In this document: positions 54,656 through 64,000 of the stretch, one piece after another | Layout of the letters: each line of letters starts with the position of its first letter | How positions within the stretch are numbered: position 1 is the first letter of the stretch | Origin: a virus | Lineage: Duplodnaviria; Heunggongvirae; Uroviricota; Caudoviricetes | Virus record (IMG/VR): IMGVR_UViG_2878528002_000001 | Coordinates: 98,473 to 162,472 of that record | Strand: one strand, 5' to 3' | Length of the DNA: 64,000 bases | Made by a program: the position numbers and the translations under genes | Notes under the pieces: generated by a model | The model's input: only the letters and a program-made list of their open reading frames with translations | Database searches by the model: none | What the model was told of the DNA's origin: nothing

Positions 54656-56581
54656 TTGATCGTTGACAGAAAACTTATTGAAAAAGCAAAAGAAAAACTT
54701 GGAAATCAGAACGCATTTATCATGGCAGAATTACTTGAACTTGAAGATTTTGATGAAAAAAATCTGAAATCCTGTTGCCCATATCATGATGAGGATACTC
54801 CAAGCTTTATTTACAATCCTAAAAATTATAGCATGCATTGCTTTTCATGCAATAAAACAGTAGATATCATTGATGTATTGATGGGAAAAGGAAGAACTTT
54901 TCTTGAATCCGTCCAGTTTCTATTTGATAAAGCAGGAATCGAATGTAGTTTTGGTGAACAGAATGTAAAGACCAAACATAATTATCGTTATCCGCATGAA
55001 GAACCAATTAATGATAAACCAAATGTTGTTGACTATTTTGGTAAACGTGGCATTTCAAAAAATGTTCTGGATTACCTTGATGTGAGAGAAGACAATCATG
55101 GCAATGCCGTATTCAACTTCTATGATACAAACGACGTTCTTACTATGGTGAAATATCGCCCATCTCATACAGTAGAAAAACATTCTGGACAGCCGAAAAC
55201 ATGGTGTCAGAAAGATTCGGATACCGCACCATTGCTTTTCAATATGAACCGCGTCAACACATCAAAACCTCTCCTTTGTACGGAAGGCGAAATTGACTGC
55301 GCTAGTGCAATCGAGGCAGGATATCTAAACACGGTCAGCGTTCCTCTCGGAGCGGGGAATCTCCATTGGATTGAAGAAAACTGGGATTGGCTTGATACTT
55401 TTGACGACATAATCATCTGGTCTGATAACGATGTAGCAGGTGAAAAAATGCGAAAAGAGTGCATTTACAGACTCGGAACATGGCGCACAAAGTACATTGT
55501 TACACCAGAGTATTATGAAAAAGAAGACGGACGTAAGATTCCACTGAAAGATATCAATGACTGTTTGCAGATTGGCGGTAAGCAGTTTGTAATGGATTTG
55601 ATTTCCGCGGCAAAAGATGTTCCTGTAAAAAGTGTTGTTGATTACTCAGAGATTGAGGAACTTGATGTATCACAGATGGACGGGGTACAAACGGGAATCA
55701 AGCCTCTGGACAATGAATTAGGTAAACTGTTTTATGGTACACTCACGATTTTATCAGGGAGGCCAGGATCTGGGAAAACCTCGCTTATCGACCAGGCGAT
55801 TGCTATGACAATCGACAATGGCAGCCCGACATTCTTATATTCCAAAGAGCTGCCGGAACGTCTTTCTGCAAACTGGTTTAATACAATTATCGCAGGACGC
55901 AGGAATATGGTAGAAAAACATAATAGTAGCGGTAAAAAATATTATGTTGTTCCATATGATACACAGAAAAAAATGCAGCAGTATTATAATAAGAAGCTTT
56001 TCATTTACAAAGACGAGGAATCTAATGATTTTGAAGCTGTGCTGAAATCAGCTGAAGAATGCGTGAGAAAATTTGGTTGCAAATTAATCGTGTTGGATAA
56101 TCTCATGATGCTCGACTTGAAGTGCAATGAAAGTGATAAAAACACAGCTCAGACAAATCTTATAAATCTATTAATCAAATTCGCCGTGAAGTTCAATGTC
56201 ACGGTAGTCTTAATTGCTCATCCAAGGAAAACCCAGGATTCAAATTCAGATATTGAAATGTATGATATTGCCGGAAGTTCCAATATTATCAACCTTGCCA
56301 TGAGATCTATTGGTTTGCGTCGTGTTTCCAAAAAGGAAAAAGAAGACCCTAAATACAAATGGCATAAATATGATGTTGTACTAACTGTAATGAAAGACAG
56401 GATGTTTGGTAAGTCCGATGTACAAATTGGACTGTGGTATGACTTAGTATCCAGAAGATTTTATACGGATTACGCGGAATATGACAAGCAATTCGCGTGG
56501 GACGACAATTATTACATTGACAAATTGGAGTATGTGGATAGAGGACGGGTTGATCCTGAAGATGAATTTCCTGATAAGTAA
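54656..56581 (+). CDS. primase-helicase (DnaG-type zinc-binding + TOPRIM fused to DnaB/gp4-like helicase)
   Basis: Zinc-binding domain CCPYHDEDTPSF..HCFSCNK, TOPRIM LLCTEGEIDCASAIEAG and IIIWSDNDVAGEKM, Walker A LSGRPGSGKTSLIDQ, Walker B LIVLDNLMML. Confidence 0.85.
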   Translation: MIVDRKLIEKAKEKLGNQNAFIMAELLELEDFDEKNLKSCCPYHDEDTPSFIYNPKNYSMHCFSCNKTVDIIDVLMGKGRTFLESVQFLFDKAGIECSFGEQNVKTKHNYRYPHEEPINDKPNVVDYFGKRGISKNVLDYLDVREDNHGNAVFNFYDTNDVLTMVKYRPSHTVEKHSGQPKTWCQKDSDTAPLLFNMNRVNTSKPLLCTEGEIDCASAIEAGYLNTVSVPLGAGNLHWIEENWDWLDTFDDIIIWSDNDVAGEKMRKECIYRLGTWRTKYIVTPEYYEKEDGRKIPLKDINDCLQIGGKQFVMDLISAAKDVPVKSVVDYSEIEELDVSQMDGVQTGIKPLDNELGKLFYGTLTILSGRPGSGKTSLIDQAIAMTIDNGSPTFLYSKELPERLSANWFNTIIAGRRNMVEKHNSSGKKYYVVPYDTQKKMQQYYNKKLFIYKDEESNDFEAVLKSAEECVRKFGCKLIVLDNLMMLDLKCNESDKNTAQTNLINLLIKFAVKFNVTVVLIAHPRKTQDSNSDIEMYDIAGSSNIINLAMRSIGLRRVSKKEKEDPKYKWHKYDVVLTVMKDRMFGKSDVQIGLWYDLVSRRFYTDYAEYDKQFAWDDNYYIDKLEYVDRGRVDPEDEFPDK

Positions 56582-56596
56582 GAGAGGTAAATTTCA

Positions 56597-59500
56597 TTGA
56601 TTCAAAATTATCATTGTCATAAATCATATAGTAATATTTTAGTTGCTGATTGTCCTGCTTCATATGATGATTATTTTAAAAGAGTTGTAGAATTAGGACA
56701 TAATGTAATATCAAGTGTAGAACATGGATATCAAAGCAACTACTATATTCCATATGAAATTGTCAATAATTATAATGACAAATTAAAGAAGCAAGTAGAA
56801 GAAGGTACTCTATCTGGATCTGAATACAATAGAAAGAAGCTTAAATTTATTTTTGGAGCAGAGGCTTATTGGGTAAAAGATAGACTTGCTGAATATTCCA
56901 AAATAGATAAAAAAACAGGGAAGATTGTATCTGCAAAAGACAGAACAAATTGCCATATTATTTTGTTAGCAAAAAATGAAGAGGGTCGGCAGGATATTAA
57001 TGAAGTCCTTTCAATTGCGAATATAGATGGATTCTATGGACAGCCACGAATCGATATAGATCTTCTTCTAAAAATCAAACCAGAAAATGTATTGGTAACA
57101 ACAGCTTGTTTAAAATACTGGGTTTATGAAGATATAGATGAAATTACAAAAACCTTGCATAATCATTTTAAAGAAAATTTCTTTCTTGAAATTCAGTATC
57201 ATAATACCGATTTACAGAAAAAAATAAATCGACATATTCTCGAATTATCGGAAGAACTTGGAATTAAATTGATTTTTGGATATGATAGCCATTATATTTA
57301 TCCAGATGATTCTGTAGAACGAGATAATTATTTAGAAGCACGAGGAATCACTTATGACGAAGATGAAATTGGATGGTATATGGATTATCCGGATGAATCA
57401 GAAGTTCGCAGAAGATTACGTGAGCAAGGTGTTTTAAATGAAGAACAAATCAATGAATGTATTAATAATACAAATTTACTTCTTGATTTTGATGATATTG
57501 TTCTTGATAAACGAATTAAGCTGCCTAGAAATTATAAATTTAATGGTGAATGGGTAGGAGATAAATCCCAGGAATGGAGAGACAATAAACTTAGAGAACT
57601 TGTATATTCTAAATGGAATGATATAAAACACACGATTTCGCCGGACAGATACGAAGAATATGAAAAAGGTATTGAATACGAACTTGATGCCATTATTGGT
57701 ACAAAAATGTCTGATTATTTCTTAATTGACTATGAGTTAGTTCGTATTGGCACATCCAACGGTGGAGTAATTACAAAAACAGGTAGAGGAAGTGGTGTTT
57801 CATATTATATAAATTCACTTCTTGGATTTAGTAATATTGACAGATTTATTTCCCCTGTAACATTATATCCAGACCGATTTATTTCAAAAACGCGAATCTT
57901 AAAAACTCGTTCACTACCTGACCTTGATCTAAATCTTGGAACTGTAGATATTTTTGCAAAGGCACAACTTGAAGTTATGGGTGAAGGACATGCTTATCCC
58001 ATGATTTCGTATAAACCATTAAAAACATCTTCAGCATTCAAACTCTATGCAAAATCCCAAAAACTTGATTTTCAAATTGCAAATGACATATCTGCACAGA
58101 TTAAAGAATATGAAAAAGCTTTAAAAAATGCAGATGATGATATGAAAGATACCATCGACCTTTATGATTTTGTAGATAAGAAATATAGAAGATATATTGA
58201 AGAAAGTAAAAAATATCAAGGTATTATTAATGCCAAATCCCAGGCTCCTTGTGGGTATCTGATTTATGACGGGGATATTAAAAGAGAGGTCGGACTTATT
58301 CGTTGTAAATCAGAATCTACCAAGAAAGAAGTTATCACAACTGTCATTGATGGAATGGTAGCTGAAAATTACAAATTTGTTAAAAATGATTTATTAAAAG
58401 TAGATATTTGGCTTACAATTAATAATATTTTTAAGATGGCGGGAGTCAAAACTCCTACCGTTCCAGAGATGACTAAACTTATTGAGAATGATGAAAAAAC
58501 ATGGAGTGTTTATAAGAGTGGATACACATTAGGAGTCAATCAATGCGAATCTTCATTCGGTATTCAATGTTGTAAAAAATATCAGCCACAAGATATGAGA
58601 GAATTAACATCTCTTGTTGCAGCTCTTCGTCCTGGATTCAAAACTCAGTTAGATACCTTTTTAAATAGATTACCATATACAACCGGAGTTCAAGAACTGG
58701 ATGATCTTTTAAAAGATTCTTTTCATTATATGATGTATCAAGAATCTATTATGACATATCTTGGATGGCTTGGTATTGAACAAACAGAGACTTATGCTAT
58801 TATCAAAAAAATTAGTAAAAAGAAATTTAAAGAAAAGGAATTGACTGAACTAAAAGCTAAATTGCTTAATGGATGGATTAAAAATGTCGGTACGGAGAAT
58901 GGATTTACAAAAACATGGGAAATCATTGAGGCTGCCGCAAAATATTCTTTCAATGCATCCCATGCTCTGAGCTATGCCTACGATTCTGTATATGGAGCTT
59001 ATGCAAAAGCTCATTATCCATATGAATTCTATGCTGTTATGATGCAACACTATGCTGATAAAGGTAATAAAGATAAAGTAACTGCATATAAAAAAGAAAT
59101 GTTTGAATTTGCCAAAATAAAAGAAGGATCATATAAACTTGGTCTTGACAACAGAAAATTTACAATCGATAAAAAGAATAAAGTAATTCATCCCGCGCTA
59201 TCTTCGATAAAAAATTTCTCATATGCAATTGCAGAAAAATTATATGAATTAGGAAAAAATAAATATGCTACATTTGAGGAAGTATTGGTTGCTTTTAGAG
59301 TAGCTGGAATATCTGAATCAAGAATCGAAGATTTAATTAAAATTAGTTATTTTTCTGATTTTGGAAATATCAATTATCTTCTTCATTATCTAAATATCTT
59401 TAAATTATTCTTCAAAAATAAACAATATCTGAAACAGCCCACAAAAGAAAGCATGTTTAAAAATAATATTGACTTCGATATTCTTCGGCAACACTGTCAA

Positions 59501-59902
59501 TCAGAATCTCCTAAAAATTTTATGAATATTGATGCATCCGCTATTATCAGGGATTTGTGTGAAAACTATCAGATTGATACTAAATTCAAAGATATGCTGA
59601 AAATGAGAAAAGATATTTTAGGATATTATGATATCGTAGATAAAAAGTATCAAAGATATTGCGTTGTAGAAGACTTAAATGTCAATTATTCTCCTAAAAT
59701 AATGTTATATCCATTAGCAAATGGAAACTCTTTTCAGGTAAAAATAAAGAAAGCTATTTTTAAAAAGTATCCACTAAAACGAGGTGATATTATAAAAGTA
59801 GTAGACAGTGATCATCAGTACAAAATGAAAAAAGTTGATGGAGAATGGGTTAAATCTACAACGGAGAAGGAATGGTGGATAAATGAGTACAAGGTATATT
59901 AA
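56597..59902 (+). CDS. dnaE: DNA polymerase III alpha subunit (DnaE-like) with N-terminal PHP domain
   Basis: PHP domain NYHCHKSYSNILVADC and palm motif TGRGSGVSYYINSLLGFSNIDRF (compare DnaE PGRGSAAGSLVAY). 1101 aa. Confidence 0.85.
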   Translation: MIQNYHCHKSYSNILVADCPASYDDYFKRVVELGHNVISSVEHGYQSNYYIPYEIVNNYNDKLKKQVEEGTLSGSEYNRKKLKFIFGAEAYWVKDRLAEYSKIDKKTGKIVSAKDRTNCHIILLAKNEEGRQDINEVLSIANIDGFYGQPRIDIDLLLKIKPENVLVTTACLKYWVYEDIDEITKTLHNHFKENFFLEIQYHNTDLQKKINRHILELSEELGIKLIFGYDSHYIYPDDSVERDNYLEARGITYDEDEIGWYMDYPDESEVRRRLREQGVLNEEQINECINNTNLLLDFDDIVLDKRIKLPRNYKFNGEWVGDKSQEWRDNKLRELVYSKWNDIKHTISPDRYEEYEKGIEYELDAIIGTKMSDYFLIDYELVRIGTSNGGVITKTGRGSGVSYYINSLLGFSNIDRFISPVTLYPDRFISKTRILKTRSLPDLDLNLGTVDIFAKAQLEVMGEGHAYPMISYKPLKTSSAFKLYAKSQKLDFQIANDISAQIKEYEKALKNADDDMKDTIDLYDFVDKKYRRYIEESKKYQGIINAKSQAPCGYLIYDGDIKREVGLIRCKSESTKKEVITTVIDGMVAENYKFVKNDLLKVDIWLTINNIFKMAGVKTPTVPEMTKLIENDEKTWSVYKSGYTLGVNQCESSFGIQCCKKYQPQDMRELTSLVAALRPGFKTQLDTFLNRLPYTTGVQELDDLLKDSFHYMMYQESIMTYLGWLGIEQTETYAIIKKISKKKFKEKELTELKAKLLNGWIKNVGTENGFTKTWEIIEAAAKYSFNASHALSYAYDSVYGAYAKAHYPYEFYAVMMQHYADKGNKDKVTAYKKEMFEFAKIKEGSYKLGLDNRKFTIDKKNKVIHPALSSIKNFSYAIAEKLYELGKNKYATFEEVLVAFRVAGISESRIEDLIKISYFSDFGNINYLLHYLNIFKLFFKNKQYLKQPTKESMFKNNIDFDILRQHCQSESPKNFMNIDASAIIRDLCENYQIDTKFKDMLKMRKDILGYYDIVDKKYQRYCVVEDLNVNYSPKIMLYPLANGNSFQVKIKKAIFKKYPLKRGDIIKVVDSDHQYKMKKVDGEWVKSTTEKEWWINEYKVY

Positions 59903-60441
59903 TGAAACAATATTATACAGATAAACATTACAAAGAATTGTTATCACACATGATAATTCTAGTTGACACTCGGGATCAAACCAACGGTGCGATCCTTGAG
60001 TGGTTCAACAAACACAAAGTCCGTTGGAAGACAAAAGCTTTGAAAACAGGTGATTACGGTCTGATGATAGAAGCGTGTCCAGAGCTAGGATTTCTTACGG
60101 ATACATACTTTACAGATGAACTTTGTATTGAGCGCAAAAATTCAGTATCTGAACTTGCAGGTAATTTTTCAAATGTCTTAAAAGATGATGATCGTATCTT
60201 TAAAGAGTTCAACCGCATGATAAATATCGAGAGAAACTTCCTATTAATAGAGAATGATAATATAGGAGACATCATAGACCGTAATTACCGATCGAAACTT
60301 AATCCGGATTCATTTTTGAGAGCATTACTAACTTGGCAGCACAGGAACAATATGCATATATATTTTGTACCAAAAGAACATATGGGCAAGATGATATATG
60401 AAATTTGTAAAAATTGTTTGGATTCAAAAATATTAAGATAA
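59902..60441 (+). CDS. ERCC4/XPF-type (restriction-endonuclease fold) nuclease, putative
   Basis: ILVDTRDQ (V-D-x-R-E/D), LKTGDYGLMIE (GDY) and CIERKNSVSEL (ERK) match the ERCC4 signature. Confidence 0.45.
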   Translation: MKQYYTDKHYKELLSHMIILVDTRDQTNGAILEWFNKHKVRWKTKALKTGDYGLMIEACPELGFLTDTYFTDELCIERKNSVSELAGNFSNVLKDDDRIFKEFNRMINIERNFLLIENDNIGDIIDRNYRSKLNPDSFLRALLTWQHRNNMHIYFVPKEHMGKMIYEICKNCLDSKILR

Positions 60442-60455
60442 AAGGAATAAATAAC

Positions 60456-61094
60456 ATGGACAACAATTTAATAACAACGTTTGAATCACTTCTAAATAAA
60501 GTAGACAGAGACGGAATGGATAAATTACTTACCTTTATTAAGAAAAGTGATTTTTATACAGCTCCGGCAAGCACCAGGTTTCACTCCTGTCATGAAGGAG
60601 GACTTCTTGAACATACCATGAACGTGTATAACTGCTTGCTTTCTAAAAAGAAAAATCCCATTTGGGCGGAGAAACTTGCCGAAATTCCAGATGAATCACT
60701 TATTATTTCTGCACTTTTACATGACTTATGCAAGACGTATTTTTATGGTTCTGAATTAAAAAATCAGAAAACATATGATGAAGAAAAAGTCAATGCTGCA
60801 AATCCGCGTCTAGTTAAAAGTGATTCTAATGGCAAATTCATTTGGGAAACGGTACCGAAATATGTTGTGGATGATAAAATTCCGTATGGTCATGGTGAAA
60901 AATCAGTCATGATGATAGAGGAATATATCAGACTAACTCCTTCAGAAAGATATGCGATTCGTTGGCATATGGGGTGGTCTGAACCGAAAGAAAATTATAA
61001 TGCTCTCGGCGCAGTATTTGGCAAATATCCGCTGACACTTGCATTACACGAAGCAGATCAGGAAGCTACATATTTACTGGAAAAGGAAGAATGA
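60456..61094 (+). CDS. HD-domain phosphohydrolase (candidate dNTP triphosphohydrolase, DatZ-like?)
   Basis: FHSCHEGGLLEHTMNV (H..H), LLHDLCK (HD), RWHMGW and ALHEADQ. ATG at 60456 after AAAGGAATAA. Confidence 0.65.
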   Translation: MDNNLITTFESLLNKVDRDGMDKLLTFIKKSDFYTAPASTRFHSCHEGGLLEHTMNVYNCLLSKKKNPIWAEKLAEIPDESLIISALLHDLCKTYFYGSELKNQKTYDEEKVNAANPRLVKSDSNGKFIWETVPKYVVDDKIPYGHGEKSVMMIEEYIRLTPSERYAIRWHMGWSEPKENYNALGAVFGKYPLTLALHEADQEATYLLEKEE

Positions 61095-61570
61095 TTATGA
61101 ATAACTTGACAATTTCGGATGCAATTCAAATCTTAGACCCTAAAACCACATCTGACGCTATCCGTGAAATCGAGTATTATGGAGGATTCGCGGGTAAGAA
61201 AAGAGCGATAGAAGCAGTAAACCAAGCATGTGAAATGGCATGCAGTATGATGCGAGCGTATAGAAAGGATATGCATATGTTATATAAAATTACACGAATT
61301 ACCCATACAGGAACATATGGGAAAGAAGGAACTGACCGTACTGACGGAAGATATCCTTTGAGAATCGGCAGAATTGTGGAAATGAGATATGATTCCATTG
61401 GAATTGGTATTCCTATGACATTAAATTATATAAGAGATTCTGATGGAATGCCACTCAGATTTAATTATATTCGCACAAGTGATGTAGTTTCGAAAAGTAA
61501 AAATAATAACAAAGTTGTAATCACAACTCGAAATTCCGTTTTCGAGTTTGAAGAATACGAGGAAGAATGA
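61091..61570 (+). CDS. hypothetical protein
   Basis: ORF of 159 aa with an ATGA overlap. Confidence 0.4.
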   Translation: MIMNNLTISDAIQILDPKTTSDAIREIEYYGGFAGKKRAIEAVNQACEMACSMMRAYRKDMHMLYKITRITHTGTYGKEGTDRTDGRYPLRIGRIVEMRYDSIGIGIPMTLNYIRDSDGMPLRFNYIRTSDVVSKSKNNNKVVITTRNSVFEFEEYEEE

Positions 61571-62355
61571 CATCTTATAAAGAAATTTTAGACAAAATCA
61601 CATTCTCATTTTCAACTCTACACCAATATGAACAATGTCCGTATGCTTTTTATAATAGGAAAATTGATGGAACAGAATTGAACGAGGGGAATTTTTATTC
61701 CGATGCGGGCGGTTATATGCACGATATTCAGGCACAGATTTTTTCAAATCAACTCAATCTTGATGATGCGTTGGATTATTACATAGAAAATTATGATAAT
61801 AATGTTTGTTATACCGCGAAACAGTCAACTATGGACAAGAAATATGAACAGGGCGCGGATTATTTAGCAGCATTAGACTTATCAGAACTAGATAATTATG
61901 AAATTCTTGGCGTAGAAAAGGAAGTTCATTTCGAATTACAAGGCTACAAGTTTATCGGATTCATTGATTTGCTACTTCAAAACAAAATAAATGGAGAAAT
62001 AATACTTATAGATCATAAGTCATCTGATCACTTCCTGAAAAAAGACGGTAAGCCACTAAAAAATCAGTTATCGAATTTTGAAGCATATAGTAAACAGATG
62101 TATTTATATTCATATCCGATTTATCAGGAATATGGCAAATATCCAAGTTGTATTGTCTGGAACCACTTCTATGAACAAACTATCACAAATATCCCATTTG
62201 TAAAAGAGAACTATGATAAGACGCTAAACTGGGCAGTCGATATCATCCACAAGATTTATCAGGATGAAGAATTTGCAGCGCATTTAGATTATATGATGTG
62301 TCATGTCCTTTGTGGATATCGGAACAGTTGTGAATATGTGAAAGGTGAAGAGTAA
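61567..62355 (+). CDS. Cas4/RecB-family PD-(D/E)xK exonuclease with Fe-S cluster cysteines
   Basis: QYEQCPYAFY (N-terminal Cys), GFIDLL..EIILIDHKSSD (D...D/E-x-K) and C-terminal CHVLCGYRNSC (C-x3-C-x5-C). Confidence 0.6.
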   Translation: MTSYKEILDKITFSFSTLHQYEQCPYAFYNRKIDGTELNEGNFYSDAGGYMHDIQAQIFSNQLNLDDALDYYIENYDNNVCYTAKQSTMDKKYEQGADYLAALDLSELDNYEILGVEKEVHFELQGYKFIGFIDLLLQNKINGEIILIDHKSSDHFLKKDGKPLKNQLSNFEAYSKQMYLYSYPIYQEYGKYPSCIVWNHFYEQTITNIPFVKENYDKTLNWAVDIIHKIYQDEEFAAHLDYMMCHVLCGYRNSCEYVKGEE

Positions 62356-62657
62356 TGGCAGTATCAAATGACAAGTATTATAAACCAGAAGAAGCACTTC
62401 AAGAGTTGAGATTGCAACAAACCATTTTCGATGTAGCGGTTGATATTCAATCACTACTGAGAATTCTGGTGGATAAACAAGTTATCACTAGAGAAGAAGT
62501 TTCAAAATATCGCGAAGAAGTTAGGAATAGCCCGAAATACAAACCTGTATTAGAGGAAATCCAGAGACAGACGAGAGCGTTTGAATTTGCGAAAGATAAT
62601 CCTCAAGAATATTTACAAGCAATTTTAAAAGCTAAAATGAATGGAGACATTAAATGA
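62355..62657 (+). CDS. hypothetical protein
   Basis: ORF of 100 aa. Confidence 0.4.
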   Translation: MAVSNDKYYKPEEALQELRLQQTIFDVAVDIQSLLRILVDKQVITREEVSKYREEVRNSPKYKPVLEEIQRQTRAFEFAKDNPQEYLQAILKAKMNGDIK

Positions 62658-63262
62658 GTGAAGATAAAAGATATGATATCCTTGGGCGAGAGATAAAAGA
62701 TGGGGATATTTGCGTAGGGAAGGGCACGGGACGCGATGTTATTGGAATGGATGTTGGCATCTGGTGCGGTAAATCAATTGCATTTCTTGGTGGTTCTAAA
62801 CGTTCTATGGGTGATGTATTTAAAGTTGTAAATCCATCCAAAGAAGAAATTGAAATTGCGGATAAGATAAAAGCAGATTTAAGTAAAAGAAAAGAAGAGA
62901 ATAAAAAGAAGGAAAAGACAAAAGGTATTCCTTTATCTCAATTAACTGTCGGTGGAATATATGAAGATATCAATAGGCAATTATATGTTTACTTAGGTAA
63001 AAGAAAAGTCACAGTAACTTGCGGATCTCGAAAAAGAGTAGAAGAGGGAAATTGTTTTTCTAAGATATATAGAGATATCGGTACTTCCAAATCAGAAGTT
63101 ATGAATCAAATAACATGGATACAATATTATGGAAAAACTAATATTGATATCCTAAAAACAAGTAAGAAATTGATTTCTTTAAAAGAAACAGTTGACCTTA
63201 CTTTTCCGATAAAAACAACTTGTTCCATATGGAATGAAGATTACACTTTAACAGTCGAATAG
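62654..63262 (+). CDS. hypothetical protein
   Basis: ORF of 202 aa. Confidence 0.45.
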   Translation: MSEDKRYDILGREIKDGDICVGKGTGRDVIGMDVGIWCGKSIAFLGGSKRSMGDVFKVVNPSKEEIEIADKIKADLSKRKEENKKKEKTKGIPLSQLTVGGIYEDINRQLYVYLGKRKVTVTCGSRKRVEEGNCFSKIYRDIGTSKSEVMNQITWIQYYGKTNIDILKTSKKLISLKETVDLTFPIKTTCSIWNEDYTLTVE

Positions 63263-63276
63263 GAGATTAATTCAAC

Positions 63277-63495
63277 ATGAGAAATAAAGAACGTATCGAT
63301 ACATTTACATGGGAATTCGCAGAAATTTGGAAGAGATCATTCCCTGATCTGAGATTTGGTCAGTTGTGTATGAATTTCTTTGGATGGTTACAATCGAAAA
63401 AAGAAAAAGATCCATTCTTTCCGGAAAAACCGGATATGATTGAGTATTTTCGTGAATATGCCAACGAAAGCTCACTTTGGTATCGCGAAAATTAG
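63277..63495 (+). CDS. hypothetical protein
   Basis: ORF of 72 aa. Confidence 0.35.
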   Translation: MRNKERIDTFTWEFAEIWKRSFPDLRFGQLCMNFFGWLQSKKEKDPFFPEKPDMIEYFREYANESSLWYREN

Positions 63496-63590
63496 TAACC
63501 GATGAAATCCTGATTTCATAGGTAAAATAAATCAATATATTGTGGTCATTATTTTACTAAATACTATATATTGTGGTTACAGGAGACGAA

Positions 63591-64000
63591 ATGAAAGAAA
63601 GAATACAATATCTTGTAAAACAGCTCAATATTTATAGAAATGCATACTATAATGAGTCGAAATCGCTAATTTCCGACTATGAGTATGATGAATTGTATGA
63701 CGAGCTGGAAAAGTTAGAATATGTAACTGGAATTATATATTCCAATTCACCAACGCAATCTGTTGGGTATGAAGTTGTATCAAAACTTCAAAAAGTAAAA
63801 CACAGTCATCCAATGATGTCACTTGACAAAACCAAAATAACAAATGATTTAGTTGAATTTTCAAATGGCAGAGATTGTGTATTATCATTAAAAATGGACG
63901 GACTCACCACATTAATCACATATGATTTTGGAAGAGTAATTCAGGCTGAAACTCGCGGAAATGGGTTAATTGGAGAAGTTATTACTCATAATGTAAAAGC
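63591..64000 (+). CDS. ligA: NAD-dependent DNA ligase (LigA), 3'-truncated at window edge
   Basis: N-terminal Ia-domain pattern IQYLVKQLNIYRNAYYNESKSLISDYEYDELYDELEKLE and the adenylation motif LSLKMDGLTT (KxDG). The ORF runs off the window. Confidence 0.8.
   Translation, partial: MKERIQYLVKQLNIYRNAYYNESKSLISDYEYDELYDELEKLEYVTGIIYSNSPTQSVGYEVVSKLQKVKHSHPMMSLDKTKITNDLVEFSNGRDCVLSLKMDGLTTLITYDFGRVIQAETRGNGLIGEVITHNVK

Noticed and set aside
44306-63262. MazG-like (MazZ) pyrophosphohydrolase to complete a Z-genome trio
   Set aside because: I scanned all small alpha-helical ORFs for the EExxE...E/D motif pattern and found none convincing. The candidates at 62355..62657, 47368..47772 and 11008..11274 do not show it. 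The absence is noted as a caveat and not proof, since the gene may lie outside the window.
1-64000. CRISPR array or cas genes
   Set aside because: No regularly spaced direct repeats were found by eye anywhere in the window. The Cas4-like nuclease at 61567 sits in a recombination module (SSB, annealase) and is typical of phage RecB-like exonucleases, not an adaptation module.

Overview
This window reads as a contiguous piece of a large, AT-rich (about one-third GC) tailed-phage genome, or a prophage, from a low-GC Gram-positive (Firmicutes-like) host. Essentially every gene is on the + strand and the genes are tightly packed. Many have AGGAG-type ribosome-binding sites and a few use TTG starts. 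No virion-structural or packaging genes are visible, so the window covers early or middle and DNA-metabolism regions only.

Content by position:
- 1-8.4 kb: the C-terminal part of an HNH-endonuclease-like protein at the window edge, then a swarm of small Cys-rich and zinc-ribbon proteins, including paralog pairs and one frameshifted copy.
- 8.6-18.3 kb: a DNA-modification module. It holds a C5-cytosine methyltransferase, two beta-class amino-methyltransferases, an SNF2-like helicase and an ASCH-like protein.
- 19.4-29.1 kb: a GC-rich fragment that looks foreign, a YkgJ-type Fe-S protein, two tandem paralogs, three tandem paralogs sharing the N-terminal motif MKRQIRRGVFETNSSSxH, a radical SAM enzyme, a vWA-domain protein and an adenylosuccinate-synthetase (PurA) homolog. 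The PurA homolog is a candidate PurZ of 2-aminoadenine (Z-genome) phages.
- 31-40 kb: an SPFH/prohibitin-like protein, a second radical SAM enzyme, LemA and a YpsA/DUF1273 SLOG-family protein.
- 44-50.4 kb: a phosphoribosyltransferase-like protein, a Pol-beta-type nucleotidyltransferase, three tRNA genes and a DHH-DHHA1 phosphoesterase.
- 50.9-52.1 kb: an IS605-family TnpB element.
- 52.6-64 kb: a replication and recombination module. It holds a Sak/Rad52-like annealing protein, SSB, a DnaG-DnaB-type primase-helicase, a DnaE-like Pol III alpha subunit, an ERCC4/XPF-type nuclease, an HD hydrolase, a Cas4/RecB-like Fe-S nuclease and the 5' part of an NAD-dependent ligase.

The leads most worth following are the PurA-like and HD pair as a possible Z-genome pathway, the three tandem paralogs with the adjacent radical SAM enzyme, an odd tRNA with Gln identity but a type-II extra arm, and the TnpB element flanked by a repeated about 55-bp motif.
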